Part shown: positions 21,160 to 34,598 of the stretch, piece by piece
Layout: every line of letters starts with the position of its first letter
Numbering within the stretch: the first letter of the stretch is position 1
DNA from: Trichodelitschia bisporula
Taxonomy: Eukaryota
Length of the DNA: 64,000 bases
NCBI GenBank assembly: GCA_010356995.1
Contig: ML996699.1
Coordinates: 527,697-591,696 of the forward strand
Direction: 5' to 3'
Translations under genes and position numbers: made by a program
The notes under the pieces: generated by a model
Databases searched by the model: none
The model's input: the letters and a program-made list of their open reading frames with translations, nothing else
Told to the model about the DNA's origin: nothing

Positions 21160-24100
21160 ATGGCGCCAATTAAGCGTGCCGCAGAGAACGATGCTGGTCG
21201 CCTAAAGCCGGCGAAGCACTCGACTGATAATCGGCCTGCGAAACGCCAAAGACAAACCGAAAAACAGTCGTCGGACTCCCGTTCCCCTGCCGCAAAGTTC
21301 TCGAAAACAGAGCCGTCGAAGGAAGCGCCTGCTAAGGATGCCGTCTCGGTTCTCCGCCTGGAAGAAAAAGCGTTCCCTCGAGGTGGAGCCAGCGTCCTCA
21401 CCCCCATCGAGCACAAGCAGATACAGCACGAAGCTACACGCGATGTTCTCTTCGAGCAATCGGGAGGCAAGCCTGCCGCTGTCGGTGACTTGAGCGGCAG
21501 CGAAGACGACGAGGCCACTGTGTCGAAGAAGTCAAAGAAGAAAGTGAAAAAGGGAAAGGGTAAAGAGAGGGAGGATACAAAAGAAAAGTCGGAGCGTCTT
21601 GAAAAGATTCAGGGCCTCAGCTTCAAGCGGCTGACGCCCGGCTCGCTTGTCCTCGGCCAGATCACGCAGATCACGTCCAAGGACCTCGCACTCGCACTCC
21701 CGAACAATATCACCGGATACGTTCCTTTAACCGAGATTTCAGACACAGTCACACAAAAGGTTGAGAAGCTGTTGGAGTCGGCCGACAAGTCCGAGGACAG
21801 CGGCTCGGACGACTTCGAGGACGTCGAGCCGCGCAAGCTGTTTCGTGTGGGCCAGTACCTGCGTGCGTACGTCATATCGAATGGCAGCGACAGCACCAAG
21901 TCCAGGAAGCGAATCGAGCTCTCCCTGATCCCGCGCCTCACTAATGTCGGCCTTTCAGCGATCGACCTTGTCGAGGGCTGCTTTGTACAGGCAGCAGTAG
22001 TCAGCGTCGAGGACTATGGCTTCATCATGGATCTGGGACTGGAGGATAAGAATCTCAAGGCCTTCCTGTCGTCAAAGATGGTTCCTGCAGACACTACTGC
22101 CAGCGCTGTCGAAGAAGGTTCTGTATTCCTCTGCTTCATCTTGGGCAAGAATGCCGACGGCAGCATCGTCAAACTGTGTGCCGACCACCAAAAGATTGCG
22201 AACCTCAAGAAGAATCAGTTCCTCTCCACCGCACCTTCTATAAATGTCTTCCTGCCTGGCACCTCGATGAACATGACAGTGACGGATGTGTCGTCATCGG
22301 GGCTCAGAGGACAGGTCATGGGCATGCTGGACGTAACATCGGACATGATCCATTCAGGCGCTGCACAGGCTGGCAAACCACTCCATGAAAAGCTATCTAT
22401 CGGGCAAAAGGTCAAAGCGAGAGTTCTATTCAAGCTTCCCAAGGGAGATTCACAAAAGATTGGCGTTTCGCTCCTCGACCATGCCTTGACGCTGTCGGCT
22501 CCTTCACTCAAGAAGGGCAAGTCTCCCGTCGAGCAGCTTCCAATAGCTACTATTGTCGAGTCTGCCAAGGTCGTCCGTGTGGAGCCCACGCTTGGTCTGT
22601 TCATGGATGTCGGCGTTCCTGGCATTCAGGGCTTCGCTCATATCTCACGCCTCACAGAGAAGAAAATTGATATGCTCTCGACAGACTCTGGCTCGTTCAA
22701 GGAGGGTTCTACTCACCGCGCGCGGGTCATAGGCTTCAATCCGACTGACGGCCTGTTTTTGATGTCGTTGGAGGAGCGCGTACTTGAGCAGCCATATCTG
22801 AGAGTTGAAGACATTCCCATTGGCCAAGTTGTTAAGGGGACCGTGGAGAAGCTGCTAGTCAACGAAAAGGGCGTCGGTGGCATCCTTGTGACTCTGGCCG
22901 AAGGGATCACCGGTCTAGTTCCCGAAATGCACATGGCGGACGTTCACCTCCAACACCCCGAGCGAAAATTCCGCGACGGTATGGCCGTAACCGCGCGAGT
23001 CCTCTCCACTAATCCGGAGAAGCGGACTATTCGTTTAACTTTGAAAAAGACGCTTGTTAACTCCGATGTCGAGCCGTGGACCAGCTACGAAGCTATTACC
23101 CCTGGTGCACAAGCCCCGGGTACGCTTGTCAACATTCTCGATAATGGCGCTGTGGTGCAGTTTTACGGCAGCATTCGCGGCTTTCTTCCGGTTGCCGAAA
23201 TGAGCGAGGCCTTTATTGCAAACCCCAAGGAGCACTTCCGTGTCGGCCAGGTGGTGACCGTTCGCGCCATCAACGTCGACGCTGAGAAGAAGAAATTGAC
23301 TTTAACCTGCAAGGATCAGGCAGGGTCTGATGAGTCGCGCAAGGCCTTCCAGGAACTCAAAATCGGCCAGATCGTTTCCGGTACCGTGACGGAGGTGTCG
23401 CCGGCAGCTATCAATCTTGAACTTGAGGGTGGCCTCAAGGGTATCCTCAAGAACGAGCAGCTCACTGACGGCTCTGAGAATAAGAACGTATCTGCCGCTA
23501 AGAAGACTCGAGTTGGCCAGAAGCTGCACGATGTGGTGATTCTCGAGAAGGCAGACCGGCAGCAGTTCGCTACCCTCTCCTCCAAGCCGTCGCTTGTCAA
23601 GGCTGCAAAGGAGGGTCACCTTCCCTCTACTATCCGCCAAGTTGAAGAGGGCAAGACACTTGCTGGATTTGTGCGCAACATCACCGGCGACCAAGTATTT
23701 GTCCAGTTTGGTGGGCGACTAGTTGGTCTTCTTTTGAAGACCGGCATGTCTGAGGAAATGAAGAATACCGAGTCTTTCGGTCTGCGTGTGGGCCAGTCGC
23801 TGTCCGCAAGGGTCCTCTCCATCGACCACAGTAGGGAACGCTTTTTGCTCACCCTCCGCGAGGACAAAGCTGAGGCTGTGCCTAAAGAGAACACTCGCTC
23901 CGGCCAGGAGCTCGTCAAGCCCGTCGATGGCAAGTCAAAGACGATTGCGGACTTTGCCTTGGGCAAGCATACTGTTGCGCGTGTCAAGAGTGTCAAGGAT
24001 GTCCAGCTTAATGTCGTGCTGGCCGACAACGTGCAAGGCCGCATTCACATCTCGGAACTGTTCACAAAGTGGGAGGACATCACTGACCCCAAGCATCCCT

Positions 24101-26546
24101 TGAAGCAGTTCAAGGTCGGTCAGCTCATCCCGGTTAGGATTCTTGGAATTCACGACGCTCGCACCCACCGCTTCCTTCCCATCAGCCACCGCACCGGAAC
24201 TCACTCTGTCTATGAATTGACTGCCAAGGTGGATGAAGAAGACCTCACGATCGATAACCTCGCGCTCGGATCGACCTGGATCGCATTCATCAACAACTTC
24301 GGCCCGCATTGTGCCTTTGTCAGTCTATCGGCCAGCGTCCATGGATCGATTGATCTGATGGACCTGTCCAGTGATTCGTCTTTACTAGGCGACCTTGCTA
24401 CCAACTTCCCGGTCGGATCTGCCCTCCAGGCCCGCGTCAAGGCTGTGGAGCCTGTCGAGAATAAGCTGAGGTTGACCGCTACCCCCGCCAACGCCGTGCC
24501 GCTCTCCATTGGCGACCTAAACAAGGGGCAGAAGCTCTCGGGCCGCATCACCAAGATCACAGATCGTTCACTCATTGTCCAGCTGAGCGAGGCTCTCACC
24601 GGCACCGTTACGCTCACGGAGTTGGCGGATGACTATTCGCAAGCCAATACATCTGCACATAAGAAGAACGATATTGTTCAGGTTGTCGTTGTGGACTTCG
24701 ATGTCCCCAACAAAAAAGTCTTCCTCTCCTTGCGACCCTCGCTGACGCAGAAGTCGGCTCCCGCAGCCAAGGACCGCCACATTTCCAGCGCAACGCAGCT
24801 CAAGGTCAATGATGTCGTGCGTGGGTTTGTTAAGAATGTCGCCGATGTCGGGCTGTTTGTTGCGCTAGGACCTCGAGTGACCGGTTTCGTCAGGGTAGCG
24901 GAGCTGTCGGACTCATATATCAAGGACTGGAAGGCATCTTATGAAGTTGATCAGCTTGTTCGCGGCAAGGTCACCGCCATTGACGAGGCCACGGGCAATG
25001 TGCAGCTGAGCCTGCGCGCCTCGGTTCTTGACAAGGACTACGTGCCATTGCTTACGATTGATGACTTGAAAAAGGGCATGATTGTCACTGGCAAGGTGCG
25101 CAAGGTGGAGGACTTTGGCGTATTCATTGTGGTCGACAACTCGCGCAACGTGAGCGGCCTCTGCCATCGCTCCGAAATTGCCAACGGCCCAGTCAGCAAC
25201 GTCAAGCAACTGTACGATGAGGGCGATGCGGTCAAGGCTCTCGTGTTGCAGGTTGACAAGGAGAAGCGGAGAGTCAGCTTTGGGCTCAAGGCGTCGTATT
25301 TCAAGCATGAGGGAGATGAAAGCAGCGACGAGGAAGGCGGCGTTGACGTCGAAATGGGGGAGGCCGAGGATGATGATTCGGATGTCGACATAGATCTCGG
25401 TGACGTCAAGTCCGCCGAGTCGGATAATGAGGACGGTGCCGAGGACTCGGACGCCAGCTCAAACGACGATGACAACGTCCCCAGGAAGGGTGGCCTCAAT
25501 GTCGGCGGATTCGACTGGACGGGTGCCATCAGTGACGGCGAGCAGGAAGCCAATGACAGCGAGGCGGAGCAATTGTTGAAAAAGAAGAAGCACAAGAAGC
25601 CCACGATCCAAGAGGACCGTACGGGGGACCTCGACCGCAATGGCCCGCAGTCTGTCGCCGACTTCGAGCGCCTACTGCTCGGGCAACCCAACTCTTCGAG
25701 CCTGTGGATCCAGTACATGGCGTTTCAGCTGAGCCTCAGCGAAGTGGACAAGGCGCGCGCCATCGGCGACCGCGCTCTCAAGACGATCAACATGCTCGAC
25801 CAAGACGAGAAGATGAACGTGTGGATCGCCCTCCTGAATCTAGAGAACGCTTATGGCTCACCTGAAACACTGGAGGAGGTCTTTACTCGCGCGTGCCAGT
25901 ACAGCGACAAGAATGAGATGCACTCGCGCCTGGCGAGCATCTACATTGAGTCGGGGAAGAACGAGGTATGTTCCAAAGGATTTATCAAGGGCTTCATGCT
26001 AACAGCTACTAGGAAGCCGCGGCCCTCTTCACGCGCATGCACAAGCTCAAGGACCTCACTGCCACGCCCACCTTCTGGCTTAACCACGCCACCTTCCTGA
26101 TGACAACACAGAATCAGCCCGACGCGGCACGCGCGTTGCTTGCGCGCGCTACTCAGTCAGTCCCTAAGCAGCAACACCGTCAGCTGGTTGCGCGCTTCGG
26201 AGCACTGGAGTATACATCACCGCACGGGGATGTGGAGCGCGGGCGGACCGTGTTTGAGGGCCTGCTGGATGCGTACACGCAGGTGCATCGGTGGGATTTG
26301 TGGGATATGTATCTTGATCTTGAGACTTCGAAGGGGGAGATGGCCCAGGCGCGCGGGCTGTTCGAGCGCATGGCGAAGCGCCCGATGAAGACGCGCCGGG
26401 CAAGGTACTTCTTTAAGCGCTGGGCGAAGTTTGAGGAGGAAGGTGGTGATAAGAAGGCGCTGGAGAGGGTTCAGGCACTGGCGAAGGAATGGGTGGAAAA
26501 GCATGCTGAGCGCAAGGAAGATGAGGATGTTGAGATGGAGGACTAA
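21160..26546 (+). CDS. RRP5: rRNA biogenesis protein Rrp5 (multiple S1 domains plus C-terminal HAT/TPR), intron 25966-26012
   Basis: FPRGGASVLTPIEHKQI, many S1 repeats (e.g. GKVRKVEDFGVFI), PQSVADFERLLLGQPNSSSLWIQYMAF and HAT repeats. Confidence 0.97.
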
Positions 26547-29500
26547 GGTTGGCGGAGAAGCTAGTTGTGTGACAATGGGTATGATTTTTGAGTTGGATTC
26601 TTTGGCCTGTTGTTCATCTGCTTGACATCTTCTAACTGACCGCTGATGGCCAAGGTACATGGGTCTGACAAACTCCGCCCGATCATCTTCACTTGGGAAA
26701 ACCAGGCCCTGAGGCCGACAGCTGCAACCCCGATATTTTTGTCAAAGCTCCAAAGCAAGCTGCCAAAACTGCCACATAGAATGGAAGAAAGAATCCTTAG
26801 GATCTGCGGTTCTATCGACACGGACCAGCTCAAACCCGACGGAGGAAATGAAGCCGTGCCTCAGCTTCCAACCGTGTGGATTGATAGTCCCGTTCCAAAT
26901 GAGCGACATGGGTCCAGAGCAGCGGGAGCACGATAATCGCGACTAAAATGGCGCCCAAGAAAGGGAACTAGCTTAGCCTTCACAAATGCCTTGTATCAGA
27001 TCTGTGGCGGAGCTGGCGTCATCAACCTGAGAAAGAGTCAAAGTGAGGCGGGAGGAAAGCGATGTGGGGTCGTGGGGTGTAGCATAAGGCTGAGGCCACA
27101 GTGCGGGGTTTTGTGTGGGGTCTGTTGTGCAATGATAGTACTGTGCAGTGTACGCCGGGGGAAGCGCGAGTTTCAGAACTGAATGGTGTGGCAACATTCC
27201 CGATAGACAAAGAGGTTGTTAGACTCTCGACTTGACTGATTCTTGAACGTGTAGGGCAAGGAAGTAAAATGCCGAGATATGCATCCGCAACGCCACCGGG
27301 GTTTCCAGCCCATTTTCGGCCACCGAGACTGACCGCTTCCACCAGATGCACCCGGGATTCTGGGATGAGCATGCCTTGGTAAGGTAGACTGTCATACCCG
27401 TTAAAAGTCCACTATCAGCTGAAATTCCCGCCAAGCCCACCGCTTGCGCAATGCATCAACGTCGATCAAAGTGAGGCAGTACCACACGTTGTGGGAGTTG
27501 TGAGCCGTGCAGCCCGGCCGCGTGGAAATGCGCGTGAGTGAGGCTACGGTGCGAACCGCTGTGATGTGCGATGGGGTGGATTATTCTTGACTTACTGGTC
27601 TAGACCCACTATGTTTCCGTATAAATGCGCGTTGACCGCCTCACTTTGATAGGGCAGGATTTGAGCCGCAAACAATGGGGCTACGCTTTAGTCAAGTTCG
27701 TAGGTGCTAATGTTATGTTGCAAGAGCTGCACAGTAGGGGGTGGAGCCTGTGGGACTTAGAGGTGCAGATGTCAAAATGAACGCGTGAGGGAAGATGGCC
27801 ATGGGATAGGTGTCGTTGACAGTTGATGCTGGTAGGAGTCTGCATACAATTCGATCAGAAATCAAGGAAGTAAGCCTGGTCATAATATCCAACAATGCTG
27901 TTCTCTCAACGGCATTTCAGGACCCTTTCTGTGTGTTTAGGGAAGGAGGGCAAGGTGACACCCCCTCCGTCTCCAATTGCACTTCGGGACGAACGGTTGA
28001 TCCGGGTGCAGATAAAGTTGAGCCTCAATACAAAGAAGACCGCCTCACTTTTCGCTGGTCAGCGGAGGTGATCGCTCCGCATGAAGAGCGGATGGGATGA
28101 TTCCGCTCCGATTTCCCACTGACGACACGAGAAAGCGGGGTAGAGCGGGGGATGATGGAGTGATTTTTATGGCGCAACGGGCAGGGGTGACAAGGCTGAG
28201 ATGGCTGAAGGAATGACTCGCGGAGGGGAGGAACAGACCAATTACAGAATTGAACTTTCCTGTAAACCAATGAAAATAAAGGACTTATGAAGCTGGACTT
28301 CTTATTAGAGCAGTGATAGATTCGAGGTCCAATAGATGGACAAAGATCTGAGAGTGGTTGACACGTCACAAGAAGCCACCGATGCGCGTCCCGATCAAGA
28401 CTTTACGATGTTCCTTCGCATCGCGATAAGGTCTTTGTCGCAAAGAAGCCCAGGGAGTTATGTTTCCCATTCATTATTCCATCTGCTTGGCCGTCTCATT
28501 GTTCTTGATTTCCTTGAGTCATTTGGACCGCTCTTGTTTGTTCAATGGCATTGCGTCGGGCGATGAGATTGAGCACGCCCCGTCCAGTCCACAACGCCCG
28601 GAGGGCGGCGTTGGGCGCCATTGATCCTGAGATATAAAGTTGATTTGTCTTCCGTGAGGAGCTCGAAGCGATGCGCCGAGCACTTGTCGCCGGGGTGGGA
28701 TGAAAGCCGGTCAAGGCCGAGCCGCCAGAAGCTCGAATGTAAGCAAGGCTTCGCGTCGCGGTATACCCCGTCCGTCGGAAAACATTAGTCGGTAAGGATG
28801 ATGTCGATCCTAGCTCGCGACGCGTTGCCGGTGATTCTTGAGGCGAAGGACTGGCGGCGTCCTGCTGATCTGATGACACCGGTGGACGAACGCCTATGCA
28901 TTTGACAAGCTCTTGACGCCGGCTCGCATGTCGCTTGCGGGAATAAGATCTCAGTGGTGATACTCTGCTGCTCGAGGTGATTAGCAGACAGTTTTACATG
29001 CTCGCAAGGAGGGATGGATGTTTGTCAGCTGGTAGTCGGTGGTGACTTCCTTACGGGTCAACTTTGCGCCGGCAGATCCTCACCTTTCGACGTCTGAGGG
29101 TTCGCAGTCCAAAACTCGCTATTTTCATACTTCTAACATCGTGCTGTTGGAGCAATAGTGAATGAAAGGTACTGATTATTCCGAAACCGTTACCTCAATG
29201 TCAACTTTTCCCCTTCTCGAACAGTAATTCGTACAGCATGGGCCGCCAAATGCTGTGTGAGTCCGATAGCCGCTCAGATTGGTCAGCTGCAGGAGGGCGT
29301 GCAAAAGCCGAGCAGGCGTTGATATCCAGTCGGTCCTGTTGCATTTCTTTCCTCTGCAGATTCGATATGGGCAAGTTCTACGACAAATCATAATACTCTA
29401 TGGCCTTGGAGCCTGTTGGCGATTTCTCAGCACCGTGAGGCTGCCTTCGAGGTTGTGAATGCGACTGTACACCCCGATACTGTGAACCTCAGACCTTTCA

Positions 29501-31312
29501 ACAGTCTACCGTTACTCGGCGCAAAAAGAAATTCCGGATGTTGGTGTCGCACATTTGTTTGGTTGACATTGTTCCCGCCGGTGAGTGGCGACGTACAGTG
29601 GGGTACAAGTACTCGTACAAGCGAGGCCTCTCGGAGCCTCGTCTCGATTGCGGGTTGTATTGAGGTCGATATCATGGAATCAGACTGGCGTGAAGCTGAG
29701 GTTGAAACGTGCGAGCCGCAGGGCCCGAGTGTTGGTCTGAGTGCTGATGACTTTGAGGCTGTTGGGATAGTTGAAGCTGCTGTGACATCGGTCAAGCATA
29801 CATCGATCCCAATCCATCGCACACGTGGAACTCTCCGCCAAAATTTCGAATTCTCCCGCAATGATTTCCGCTTTCAAAAAATCTCCAAAATGCTTCCAGA
29901 ACGCGCCAATGCACCTCGCTCACGTCTTTGGAAATTGATACCCGGATTTGGAGTGTCAGGCTGACCGGTTGGCTTCATATGCCGACCCCCGTGCTGGCAG
30001 ATCCAGGTTCACTGCATGCGGCCATAGCCTCCACAACTGGATGCCGCGCACGCGGAAGCCTAAACCCTTGAATACCTAGCGATAGAAGGCTGCCAGGCCG
30101 GAAAGAAAAAGAAAGGTTGATACGATGTTGAACATGAAGATGAAACAATTGTAATCCGTTCCTAATGGTTGGTTGGTGGCTCGCTATTGGCGTCGACTGC
30201 CGGAACGCTCGACAGGTCAGCCCCCCGGAGACCGATGGTGCCTGATTTGGATTGTCAATTGGGGTTCCGACGATTGTGTCTCATCAAGCGTTGTTGCTGG
30301 CGTCTCGGCCCCCGCAAATAATGTGGTGGTTTTTCTCGGAGATGCCAAGTGAATGCATTGTCCGTTGCACTACTATGGAAGTTCCGGTTGGAGACGGGCA
30401 GCGCACCTTTAAACCATGGCAGAGGCACGGATTAAGCTTCTCTGCCTCCAGGCTCCCTAGAGGCAACCGTTTGGGAAGTGTTGATGAGAAGTTGCCGATG
30501 TCGCTCTGGTGGACAATGAAATTGGAAGCTAGAGCACCGCGAGCTCAGCCTTGTGCTTTGCCTCATGGCCCTGCTCAGGCAGCCGGTCAAGAGTGAATGC
30601 CTCATTTCGGAATTGTGTATCGAGGCAAGGCTGTCCCCATTAACTCCTTCTGTCATTTACGCCATAGGGTCTTCCCAGTGCTTCTCCGCTGCCACAAGTT
30701 CTGGGACGCGCCGCGAGGCCGTCGCACTACGGTTTCCCAGATGCACCCACCCCCTTGTTAATCTTGCAGGTTGCTTGCATACGCGGGGCGAGGGCGGCCT
30801 CACTTTATATTACCTTCCGGTCACCATTCTGGCCAGTTATAATGCACCAAGACAAGGCAACTGGCAAGGGTAATAACAACTTTCAGCATGGACACCTTAA
30901 ACCTACACACCATGCTTTTGTTCCACTGCAGTTACCATTGCGGCCGGTATCATGGTCGTAGATTGTAACAATGGACTGGAAGGTGCATCTCGGGAATAGT
31001 CTGGCCTGGTGGGTTTCAAATGAAGATCACATGCTGACAATCCTAGCTGGCGGGACTAACGGCGTGAGGAACACTTAAGCATCGCAATCCCATCCCGATT
31101 CTACATTTGTCGACCGCAAACATAAGGGTTGACGAAATTCCTCAACCTCCCTTTCCTACTCCAGACTTCCTCGGTACCCTCAGTTGGCATAGATTTTCCA
31201 TGCCCCAACCCATTACTCCAATCGCCACAGATACCTGACGCCCGTTAAACTTTTGTCAGAAGGCGACGAAGGCATCTCTCTCCGCCAGCCCAACGAAGCA
31301 ACCTCCGCCGCA

Positions 31313-33745
31313 ATGTCCGGTCTCCCACCCCTACCCCCTCCCCCACCCGGCCCACCCGGCCTGCCCGGTCCCCCACGCCTGCCCGGTCCCCCACAGGTGA
31401 TGGCACCACAGGGCGGGCAGGGCGGAGCAGGCGGCAAAGATGCGAAGCCCGCCATGAAACCGGTCCAAGGTGGCGGAACCCAACAGAACGGCCAGTCCGG
31501 GCCGTCGGGCCCGCCAGGAGCCTACGGCCAGACATCCGGACAGATGCCCGGCCAGCAACAAGGCTTCAGCGACAAAGCGGGGAACTTTTATGGTGCCATC
31601 AATCCCGGCCGCGGCCCAAACTGCTACCCGACCGCCTTCCAGCCGACCTTCCACCGGTTCAACTTGCGCAAGGCCCGACCCGACCCTGGCGAGGCGGCCT
31701 CCTGGCAGCTTGTGCGGATGCAGCCGCTCGAGGTGTCGCGGCGGGACATGTTCAACTCGTCGAAGACGATGCGGCAAAGCGTGTCGGATACCTACAAAAA
31801 TCTTCCGTCGGACAACATGCGCGACGCGATTGATAGGTTGATCGAAAAGCAGATGGACAGAGAAGACAACCCTTACGCCGAGTGGCAGTTGGCTCAGATC
31901 GACCGCGGCGTCAAGAAGATGCCCAGCCTCAGCATATGGCAAACAGCTTACAAGATCACGCAACTTACAATTACCCTGAAGCGCCTGCCAAGAACATCCG
32001 CCGAGGGCAACAACTATGGCCAAGTCGTCGACCTGACGGAGTTCCCTCAGGGCGTCCCCCCTACGGCGTACGGCACGCTCCCTCCTCCACCACCAGGCAG
32101 CATGCCAAAGCAAGGCAACCCCCCATTCAACATGCCCAATTCAGGTCCAAACAATACCAGCATGTCCGGCGGTTTGGCAGGTGGAGCGAAGTCAGGTGGC
32201 ACGGCAGGCAACACGAACAGCAACAACGCGCAACCCAAGCAGCCCGGCCAAGGCGGCTGCATGAACAACGGTCTTCCCGGGTTTTCCGGCGGCCCGAACG
32301 GCATGCCGGGCCTCCCTGGTCAGGGCGGCAGACCCGGTCTCCCCGGCGCCAACCAAGGCTTCCAGTCCGGCATGCCGGGCAGTGGAATGTACGGCGCCAA
32401 CAACGGCGCGCCGACTATTGTGAACATCAACACGGCGCCGCCGATGACGCCCGATCTGCGTGGGCTGCGGTATGACGTCACCCGACCTAGCAGCCGCGGC
32501 GGGTTCCGGGACGGCCGGGACGGTTGGGATGGGCGAGATGGGCGCGATCTCCGGGACGAGCGTGATCTCCGGGACGGGCGCGACATCCGTGACGCCAGAG
32601 ACCCCCGCGATGTCCGCGATATCCGCGATGTCCGCGATGTCCGCGATATCCGCGATGTCCGCGATGTCCGCGATATCCGCAATGTCCGCGATGTCCGCGA
32701 TGCTCGGGATATCCGCGTCGATGAGCTCTCGCAGCAGCGCATCGGCAGGATCAACGATCTCCCACGCGCTGAGAGCGCACCCTACCGCTCGCCGTCCCGC
32801 GCTCGCTCTCCCTTCGTGACCGCCCCAAACGTCACCTTTTCGGATGAAACACTATACACCGGTTCGTCAGACGAGTGGGACGACATCCCCAGCCGCAGCC
32901 GATCACAGCGGATTTCACGGCATCACACCGAGCGCCGATCTAGCCGCTCGCGCTCCCGCGGGCGCTACCCCTCGCTTCCTCCACCGCTGAGCACCCAACG
33001 GACGCGCGTGCGCTCGCGCAGCCGCAGCCGCCACGTGAGCCGCCCGCCCATGCGGCCGAAGAGCGCACTCCGCAACGGCCGGAGCCGCAGCCGGGCACGC
33101 ACACCCGCACGCAGCTACCGACACGAGAGTTCGTCGCCCAGCAGCAGCGAGTTCACGACGTCGGATGGCAGTGACTTTACTGCCACCTCGTACTCGAGCC
33201 GGAGCACGCGGAACGGGCGTCGGGGGCGGTCGCGGTCGCCGGTGACCGTGGCGGCGGAGTATGTGCTGCGGAATGCACGGCGGCCCGCTGGGAAGCCCGC
33301 TGCATATGCAGGGCTTGACGCGGCGCGGGGGCGGTATTTTGACTCTCCCAACCCGGTGTTTGACAGCGGTCTGTTGCATGGTACTACTGCATTGGGGTTG
33401 TCCTATGACCCGGTGCTGGATATGGAGCTTGAGCGCCGGGACCGGGACCGGGAGCGGGAGAGGGTTTTCGCGCTAGCAGCGTCACTGTCGCTGGACGACC
33501 AAAGGCAGAAGAGGTTGCCGATGCTGGCGCCGACGGAGTATGGCAGGACACAGGAGTATGGCAGGACGCCAGACTTTGGCAGGACACCGGACTATGGCAG
33601 GACACCAGACTATGGCAGGATGCCGTCGTATCACGAGATGGAGACGGATAGGCGGCCCAGCCTTGGTGGTGGTGGGGGGCGGATGGCTGAAAGCGTGAGA
33701 TTCGTCTCGTCTGCGGGCGCGAACGGCTCTAGGCGGAGGCGTTAA
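31313..33745 (+). CDS. Hypothetical low-complexity protein (Pro/Gly-rich, RD repeats, RS-rich, C-terminal hexapeptide repeats) with one small globular region
   Basis: 810-codon uninterrupted ORF from ATG 31313 with the coding-type C-rich 5' and G-rich 3' composition. The globular-looking part is at about 31650-32040 (W...VSDTYKNL...AIDRLIE...EWQLAQI). Confidence 0.8.
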   Translation: MSGLPPLPPPPPGPPGLPGPPRLPGPPQVMAPQGGQGGAGGKDAKPAMKPVQGGGTQQNGQSGPSGPPGAYGQTSGQMPGQQQGFSDKAGNFYGAINPGRGPNCYPTAFQPTFHRFNLRKARPDPGEAASWQLVRMQPLEVSRRDMFNSSKTMRQSVSDTYKNLPSDNMRDAIDRLIEKQMDREDNPYAEWQLAQIDRGVKKMPSLSIWQTAYKITQLTITLKRLPRTSAEGNNYGQVVDLTEFPQGVPPTAYGTLPPPPPGSMPKQGNPPFNMPNSGPNNTSMSGGLAGGAKSGGTAGNTNSNNAQPKQPGQGGCMNNGLPGFSGGPNGMPGLPGQGGRPGLPGANQGFQSGMPGSGMYGANNGAPTIVNINTAPPMTPDLRGLRYDVTRPSSRGGFRDGRDGWDGRDGRDLRDERDLRDGRDIRDARDPRDVRDIRDVRDVRDIRDVRDVRDIRNVRDVRDARDIRVDELSQQRIGRINDLPRAESAPYRSPSRARSPFVTAPNVTFSDETLYTGSSDEWDDIPSRSRSQRISRHHTERRSSRSRSRGRYPSLPPPLSTQRTRVRSRSRSRHVSRPPMRPKSALRNGRSRSRARTPARSYRHESSSPSSSEFTTSDGSDFTATSYSSRSTRNGRRGRSRSPVTVAAEYVLRNARRPAGKPAAYAGLDAARGRYFDSPNPVFDSGLLHGTTALGLSYDPVLDMELERRDRDRERERVFALAASLSLDDQRQKRLPMLAPTEYGRTQEYGRTPDFGRTPDYGRTPDYGRMPSYHEMETDRRPSLGGGGGRMAESVRFVSSAGANGSRRRR
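32505..32720 (+). repeat. Coding 9-bp tandem repeat (CGCGATGTC/CGCGATATC) encoding RDV/RDI/RDG triplets
   Basis: Directly visible, translating as RDVRDIRDVRDVRDIRDVRDVRDIRNVRDVRDARDIR. Confidence 0.93.
33536..33625 (+). repeat. Coding 18-bp repeat encoding [ED][YF]GR[TM][PQ] x5
   Basis: EYGRTQEYGRTPDFGRTPDYGRTPDYGRMP. Confidence 0.85.
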
Positions 33746-34598
33746 TTTTAGGACTTGATCTTTTGAGGCGCCAAGGTTGGGTTAATGATGCTTCTAGCTT
33801 TGTTGCGTTATTTCCTCTCCTTCTGGTGTTTTGAAGGCGTACATTCGGTCGAAGTTTGTTTCTCGGTGGAGTTGGGGAAAACGTTACCATGATACCAGTT
33901 TCTGTAGCTTTGGATAATGAGTAACGAAGTCGCTAGTCTTGGAATCGTATCTCTACAGTGAAAGCATTGGCACAGTCTCAGTGCGAGACAGGTGGACAGA
34001 TGAGACACTCCCACGTGATACATCTACTTGAAAGCCATGGCACTAATGTACAGTTCAACAACCAAAAGATATCCGGGGACGAGGAGTCCAGAGAGAGGCC
34101 TACATGCCTTACCTGGGAATCTTACCCACAGTAGCGAACACGGTCTCTATGTGACAGGCCTTCCCGTTCCGAACCCCTCAACCCCAGCCCCCCCTGCCAC
34201 CAGAAATGAGTTGATTTTTGCAGTGATACTCACCCACCGCATGCGAGCACACAAGCACTCCGACCGAAAGCGCTAACACAAAGAAATGTCGAGAGGGTAA
34301 GTAGTAACACAGAGGTGAAGTAGTCGAGATCGAAACAATGTGCAAGAAGGATGGATCCACGGAGAGAGGAAACAGGCGGTCGGTGCATAGAGGCCGTAGA
34401 GGTGCGCCGAAGTCGAGCGTGGGTCTGCGAACTGAGCTAACGTATGTGACCTTACCCTTTGAAGCCACAAGTGCCGATTCGTAAGAAGGCAAAGTCGATC
34501 GCTTACCCTGCGTAGGGAAAGAAGGGGAATGAGAGAGCAGAAACCCCCCTTGAACCAACCGTTGGCGTGCCATGTGCCGGGATCCGGAATGTCCTGTC

